Assembly (NCBI GenBank): GCA_038320275.1
Contig: JBBQEB010000093.1
Location: 1 to 15,072 of the forward strand
Origin: Myxococcales bacterium
Lineage (GTDB): Bacteria > Myxococcota > Myxococcia > Myxococcales > Anaeromyxobacteraceae
Length of the DNA: 15,072 bases
Direction: 5' to 3'
This document shows positions 8,601 through 15,072 of the stretch, piece by piece. The translations under genes were made by a program, and so were the position numbers. The stretch's first letter is position 1, and each line of letters opens with the position of its first letter. The notes below the pieces were generated by a model, which searched no databases, was not told the origin of the DNA, and was given only the letters and a program-made list of their open reading frames with translations.

Positions 8601-9322
8601 GCGGGCGCCGGCTCTTCGTCCCGCGCGAGCGCATCGCGGGCGATCGCGCGGAGCTCTCCGCCTCCGACCTGCACTATCTGCGCGACGTGCTGCGCCTCGG
8701 GCCGGGCGGCGCGGTGGAGGTCTTCGACGGCGAGGGAGGCTGGCACGAGGGGCGGCTCTCCTCCGACGGCGCGGCCCTCCTGCTGGGCGAGCGCCGGGAG
8801 GCCCCACCCCCCGGGGCGCGCATCCACCTCGCCTTCGCCCTCGCGCGCGGCGAGCGCTGCGATCTCGTGGTGCAGAAGGCCACCGAGCTCGGCGTGTCGC
8901 GGCTCCAGCCGTTCGCGGCGGTCCGCTCCGTCCTCCGGCTCGAGGGCGCGCGCGCGGACGAGCGGGTGCTGCGCTGGGGGCGCATCGCTTCGGAGGCGGC
9001 GCGGCAGAGCGGCCGGGCCGACGTCCCTCCGGTGGAGCGCCCCGTGCCCTTGCAGCGCGTGCTGGAGGATGCGCCGCCCGGCACGCGAATGGTGCTCTTC
9101 CACGAGGGCGGGGGCGAGCCGCTGCGCGACGTGATCGATCCCTCGGCGCCTGCGCACCTGGCGGTGATCGGTCCCGAAGGCGGGCTCGCGCCGGAGGAGG
9201 TGGCGGCGTGCCTCGCCGCAGGCGCGCGCCTCGCGACCCTCGGCCCGCGCATCCTCCGCAACGAGACGGCCGCCATCGCCGCCACCGCGCTGCTGCAGCA
9301 CCTGCTGGGCGACATGGGCTAA
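8597..9322 (+). CDS. rsmE: 16S rRNA m3U1498 methyltransferase
   Basis: HYLRDVLRL, VQKATELGV, EAARQSGR, IGPEGG and LGPRILRNETA motifs. GTGA start/stop overlap with prmA at 8597-8600. It corresponds to the 3' end of the 4778..9322 ORF. Confidence 0.95.
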   Translation: MSGRRLFVPRERIAGDRAELSASDLHYLRDVLRLGPGGAVEVFDGEGGWHEGRLSSDGAALLLGERREAPPPGARIHLAFALARGERCDLVVQKATELGVSRLQPFAAVRSVLRLEGARADERVLRWGRIASEAARQSGRADVPPVERPVPLQRVLEDAPPGTRMVLFHEGGGEPLRDVIDPSAPAHLAVIGPEGGLAPEEVAACLAAGARLATLGPRILRNETAAIAATALLQHLLGDMG

Positions 9323-9376
9323 TACCCCGCAGCCCTCTTTAATTGACTCCGCCCCGGTTCGACGGAGACTCGGCGC

Positions 9377-10177
9377 GTGCGCTGCCCTCGATGCCAGACC
9401 GAGAGCGCGTCGCAGGCCGCGTCGTGCGCGAACTGCGGGGCGCCGCTCCTCCTCCGCGAAGATCCGACACCCATTCCGCTCGCGTGGGACCTCGACGAGC
9501 TGGGCGTCCCGCCGCACGGCGCCGGCCTCGACCGGGAGCTCGACCCGCCGGGGCTCGCTCCCGGCCACCTCGGCTTCGACGCAGCGGAGGATCCCCCCGT
9601 GCTGGTGCTCGGGGACGAGCACGTGGTTCGTGCCGGGGCCAGGGCCCGCGTGGGCGTCCTCCGCCGTGGGGTGCCGAGGCCGCTCGCGCCGGCACTCCCC
9701 GCAACTCCGCAGTCCGAGGCTGCGCCGCTGCCCATTCCCCGGTCCGCCGTGGTCCTGGCCCCTGGGCAACCCGGGCCTCCCGCGGTGCCCCGCCGCCTCG
9801 GCGCCTGCGCCGTGGACCTCGGAGTGGTCGCGCTCTTCGCGGCGCCGCCGCTCGCGATCGCGGCTGCCCTCGGGCCCGGCTTCGCGCGCGCCGCCACCCT
9901 CCTGCCGCAGGCCCTGCTCTTCACGGCACTGGTCGGCTTCGTCTATGCGACCTCCTGCCTGGCGCTGGCCGGGGCCACCGCGGGCCAGCGGCTCTTCAGC
10001 CTGCGGGTGGTCGCCCGCGGTGGAGAGCGGCCGGGCGCCGGCCGGGCAGCCATGCGCGCGGGTCTCGCCCTCCTCGGCGGCGCCGCGGCCGGGCTGGGCT
10101 TCGCCGCGGCCTTGTTCACGCATGGTCGTACCCTGCACGACGTGCTCGCGGGCACCGAGGTGGTGCTGGCCCGGTGA
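9377..10177 (+). CDS. RDD family membrane protein with an N-terminal zinc ribbon
   Basis: CPRC...CANCG zinc ribbon, then a Pro-rich linker, then RRLGACAVD, hydrophobic helices, TAGQRLFSLRVV and GRTLHDVLAGTEVV. GGAG lies 9 nt upstream of the GTG. Confidence 0.85.
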   Translation: MRCPRCQTESASQAASCANCGAPLLLREDPTPIPLAWDLDELGVPPHGAGLDRELDPPGLAPGHLGFDAAEDPPVLVLGDEHVVRAGARARVGVLRRGVPRPLAPALPATPQSEAAPLPIPRSAVVLAPGQPGPPAVPRRLGACAVDLGVVALFAAPPLAIAAALGPGFARAATLLPQALLFTALVGFVYATSCLALAGATAGQRLFSLRVVARGGERPGAGRAAMRAGLALLGGAAAGLGFAAALFTHGRTLHDVLAGTEVVLAR

Positions 10178-10280
10178 GGGTCTTCGGGAAGCGCAGGGAC
10201 TGCAGGCGAACATCGCGGCGCGGAGTCCTCGCGATGGACCATCGTCACTGTTCGTGACGCATCGGGTCGGAGATAGCCCC

Positions 10281-10309
10281 TTTACCCTGCGCAACGTCGC
10301 CGCTATTGT
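10281..10309 (+). promoter_or_regulatory. Candidate sigma70-type promoter for the carboxylase gene
   Basis: TTTACC (10281-10286), 17-nt spacer, TATTGT (10304-10309), in an otherwise very GC-rich context. Confidence 0.55.
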
Positions 10310-10356
10310 CTCGCCTCCCTTCTCACCCCATTCCCCCTCACAGGACCGGCGGCCCC

Positions 10357-11919
<1,563 letters not shown>

Positions 11920-11977
11920 CCGCAGGGCGCCCCATCGAGGGGCGTGCCGTTATCCTCAGGACATTGTTAACCGATTC

Positions 11978-12006
11978 AACGCTTACCCCCTCAAGGGGTA
12001 AGCGTT
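11978..12006. promoter_or_regulatory. Perfect 12-bp inverted repeat (operator or pccB terminator)
   Basis: AACGCTTACCCC-CTCAA-GGGGTAAGCGTT, followed by TT. Confidence 0.65.
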
Positions 12007-12020
12007 TTCCGTTGGATCGC

Positions 12021-12048
12021 TGGACACCCACGCCCTTGATGTCATGCT
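12021..12048 (+). promoter_or_regulatory. Candidate sigma70-type promoter for the cytochrome gene
   Basis: TGGACA (12021-12026), 16-nt spacer, CATGCT (12043-12048) preceded by an extended -10 TGn. Confidence 0.4.
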
Positions 12049-12112
12049 CCGCCACCTGAATTTGCAGTCCTGGAGCATCTCCCACGGGCCAACGGGCCCA
12101 AGGCACGGACCT

Positions 12113-14644
12113 ATGGATCGAAACATCGCGCGCGCGACCCTTGCGCTCGTCTCCTCCTTCGCGCTCGCTCTCGGTGCCTGCAAGGGCGACCAGGGGCCTG
12201 CTGGACCCGCCGGGCCGCCCGGAACGGGGCTCACCTCGGATGGCGGCGGGACCACGGACGGCGGCAACGGCTCCGACGGAGGCGTCATCAACAAGGCCCT
12301 CGGCGCGCCCGCGGCCCGGCTCTTCGCGAAGATCACGAGCGTGACCATCCCCAATGCTGGGACGACGGGCGGCATCCCGCAGCTCACCTACCGGCTCTTC
12401 AACGACGCGGCCATGACGGAGGGTACGGCCTGTGCGGGCAGCGGTTCGGCCGACGCTGGCACTGCGTACGCGCCGAACTTCACCATCGCCAGGCTCATCG
12501 ACGATCCCCAGAACACGGGGACGAAGCGCTGGCAGAGTTATCTCGAAAGGCAGAGCGCCGACCCGATCGCCACCGGCGGCCAGGCCACCATCGCCGCCGC
12601 CGAGGGCGCCCACAACAGCTTCCCGGGAACGCTCAAGGACAACGGCGACGGCTCCTGCACCTATACCTTCCTCGCCGACCTCTCGAAGAAGGTCGCTCTC
12701 GGTGCGACGGCTGGCGTGACGCAGGCGTACGATCCCGCCGCGATCACGCGCTTCGGCATCCAGAACAATCCCACCGAGCCCAGCGCCACCGACCCGGCCT
12801 TCGACGGCTACGCCGACGTGCTCGCCTCCACCGGCGCCATCCAGACGGCAGACCCGCGCCAGCTCGTCGCCGACGCGGCCTGCAACGCCTGCCACTCCCA
12901 GATCGCGCACCACGGCGCGAAGCGCCTCTCCATCGGTTACTGCGTCACCTGCCACAACGCGGGCACCGCGGACCCGGATCCGACGTCGTCGGGCTCGCCG
13001 CCGTCGTCCCTCGACCTCGCCGTCCTCATCCACAAGATCCACCAGGGCTCGAAACTCCCCAGCGTGAGCGGCACGCAGCTCAACGGGACGGCGATCGCCG
13101 CGCCGGTCGCCTCCGCCGGCTGTCCGACGGCGACGGGCGCGACCACGCCCACGCCCTGCGTGATCATCAACGGCACGGACTACACCGCGGTCGGATTTCC
13201 GCAGGACACCAGTAATTGCATGGTCTGCCATAGCCTGACCACCGGCACTGGGTCGGACTACTGGAAGACCCAGGCCAGCATCGAGGCCTGCACGGCGTGC
13301 CACGACCGCACGAGCTTCGCGGCCACGGCACCGGCCGGCTTCACTGCGCACCCCTTCCCCGCCGCGGACGGGAGCTGCGTGAGCTGCCACGCAGCGGGAA
13401 GCGCCTTGCCGAGCGCCGACGTGACGAAGGTCCACTCGCTCCTCACGCCGACGGCCGCGCAGCAGAAGGCGACCCTCAAGATCCTGAGCGTTACGAACAC
13501 CGCTCCTGGCCAGAAGCCCGTCGTGAAGTTCTCGGTCACGAACCCGGCCAGCGCCAACGCGAACATGGATGTCCTGACCGACCCGCTCTGGAAGAGTGGC
13601 ACCGGAGGCCGGCTCGGCATCGACATTGGCTGGGTGGTGCCGCAGGCGACGACGCCGCCGGCCAACCAGGGTGAAGACTGGAACAACAGCGGCAGCCTCG
13701 CGCTGACTGGGTTTGGCTCTTCCGTGCCCGCCGGTTCGGCGGCCCCGGGCCAGCCCGTCAGCATGGATGTGATCGCCGGCCTTGGCGGTGCGACGCCCAC
13801 CGTCGTCAAGAACTCCGACGGCACTTACACGGCGAGCCTGACCGTCGCGGTCCCCTCCGGAGCGATGGGCTCGGGCGTCGCCGTTCTCGAGGGTCATCCC
13901 GGGGCGCCCGGCATCGAATACCCGGTGCGCACCGACACGATGTTCTTCGCTGTCACCGACGCCAAGGCCACGCCGCGCCGCCAGGTGGTCGACATCCAGA
14001 AGTGTGACAAGTGCCACGGGATGCTGTCGCTGCACGGCGCCAACCGCAACGACAACATCGACGCCTGCGTCGTCTGCCACAACACGGAGGCGACCGACAT
14101 CACCCAGCGCAACGGCCCTACGCCGTATCCCGACAACAAGCCCGAGCAGAGCATCGACTTCGCGACGATGGTGCACTCGATCCACGCGGGCGGCCCTCCC
14201 GGCAACCCGTACGCGCCGGGCATCACCGTGTTCACGTACACCGGCAAGGCCCCTGGCGTTGCTCCGACTCCGCCGGGGAGCAATGCCAGCACCTACAACG
14301 ACGTGATGCTGCCGGAGGGCAACTCGGTCGGCCGGTGCTTCATCTGCCACAACGATGCGAACCCGGTTCCTTCAGCGAGCGACGTGAAGCTCGTGAACGG
14401 CGTGGCTCAGCTCACGGTCGACTCGGCCGATCAGACGGCGTACATGAGGACGACCCCGGTCGCCGCGGTCTGCTCCTCGTGCCACGGCTCCGCGATCGCG
14501 ATCGCGCACATGAAGACGCAGTCGAGCGGAAACATCTTCAGCGCGACGCAGAGCGACATCGACAAGGGGATCGTGGTGGAGACCTGCAACGTCTGCCACG
14601 GCAAGGGTGCCTCGGCCGACTCGGCGATGTTCCACGGACACTAG
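12113..14644 (+). CDS. OmcA/MtrC-family decaheme c-type cytochrome, outer-surface lipoprotein
   Basis: Signal peptide with lipobox LGAC (Cys23). Ten CxxCH motifs in a 5+5 arrangement (CNACH, CVTCH, CMVCH, CTACH, CVSCH / CDKCH, CVVCH, CFICH, CSSCH, CNVCH), with HKIH and HSIH ligand motifs and DNGDGSCTYTF / NSDGTYTA beta-domain motifs. 843 aa from the ATG at 12113. Confidence 0.93.
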   Translation: MDRNIARATLALVSSFALALGACKGDQGPAGPAGPPGTGLTSDGGGTTDGGNGSDGGVINKALGAPAARLFAKITSVTIPNAGTTGGIPQLTYRLFNDAAMTEGTACAGSGSADAGTAYAPNFTIARLIDDPQNTGTKRWQSYLERQSADPIATGGQATIAAAEGAHNSFPGTLKDNGDGSCTYTFLADLSKKVALGATAGVTQAYDPAAITRFGIQNNPTEPSATDPAFDGYADVLASTGAIQTADPRQLVADAACNACHSQIAHHGAKRLSIGYCVTCHNAGTADPDPTSSGSPPSSLDLAVLIHKIHQGSKLPSVSGTQLNGTAIAAPVASAGCPTATGATTPTPCVIINGTDYTAVGFPQDTSNCMVCHSLTTGTGSDYWKTQASIEACTACHDRTSFAATAPAGFTAHPFPAADGSCVSCHAAGSALPSADVTKVHSLLTPTAAQQKATLKILSVTNTAPGQKPVVKFSVTNPASANANMDVLTDPLWKSGTGGRLGIDIGWVVPQATTPPANQGEDWNNSGSLALTGFGSSVPAGSAAPGQPVSMDVIAGLGGATPTVVKNSDGTYTASLTVAVPSGAMGSGVAVLEGHPGAPGIEYPVRTDTMFFAVTDAKATPRRQVVDIQKCDKCHGMLSLHGANRNDNIDACVVCHNTEATDITQRNGPTPYPDNKPEQSIDFATMVHSIHAGGPPGNPYAPGITVFTYTGKAPGVAPTPPGSNASTYNDVMLPEGNSVGRCFICHNDANPVPSASDVKLVNGVAQLTVDSADQTAYMRTTPVAAVCSSCHGSAIAIAHMKTQSSGNIFSATQSDIDKGIVVETCNVCHGKGASADSAMFHGH

Positions 14645-14673
14645 TCGCGACAGCCACTCCTCCTGAGTGACAG

Positions 14674-14701
14674 GGCGGGCCTCCGGGCCCGCCTTTTTTT
14701 T
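14674..14701 (+). terminator. Rho-independent terminator
   Basis: GGCGGGCC-TCCG-GGCCCGCC followed by T8, about 30 nt after the cytochrome stop codon. Confidence 0.92.
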
Positions 14702-14707
14702 ATGGCG

Positions 14708-15072
<365 letters not shown>

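Noticed and set aside
4778..9322. 1514-aa ORF on the + strand
   Set aside because: Mostly the antisense shadow of the aglZ-like gene and an off-frame overlap of prmA. Only the last 241 codons (rsmE) look like a real protein.

Overview
Very GC-rich bacterial window whose gene content and style point to Myxococcota, probably Anaeromyxobacter-like (inference). Gene order: 5'-truncated TPR/DUF3857/transglutaminase-like protein (+); a 39-aa small ORF missing from the ORF track (+); hemW (-); a 174-nt rod-like palindrome; an AglZ/FrzS-type pseudo-receiver coiled-coil protein (-); then prmA, rsmE, a zinc-ribbon RDD protein, an acyl-CoA carboxylase beta subunit and a stand-alone OmcA/MtrC-family decaheme lipoprotein (all +). 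The cytochrome has its own candidate promoter/operator and a clear terminator. The window ends in about 46 CGACC-core tandem units decaying into a probably artefactual poly-C run. The least explained items are the 174-nt palindrome, the variable-linker CGACC array, the small Pro/Val-rich ORF and the cytochrome's unusual cysteine layout and regulatory region. No complete novel multi-gene system can be proven from sequence alone.
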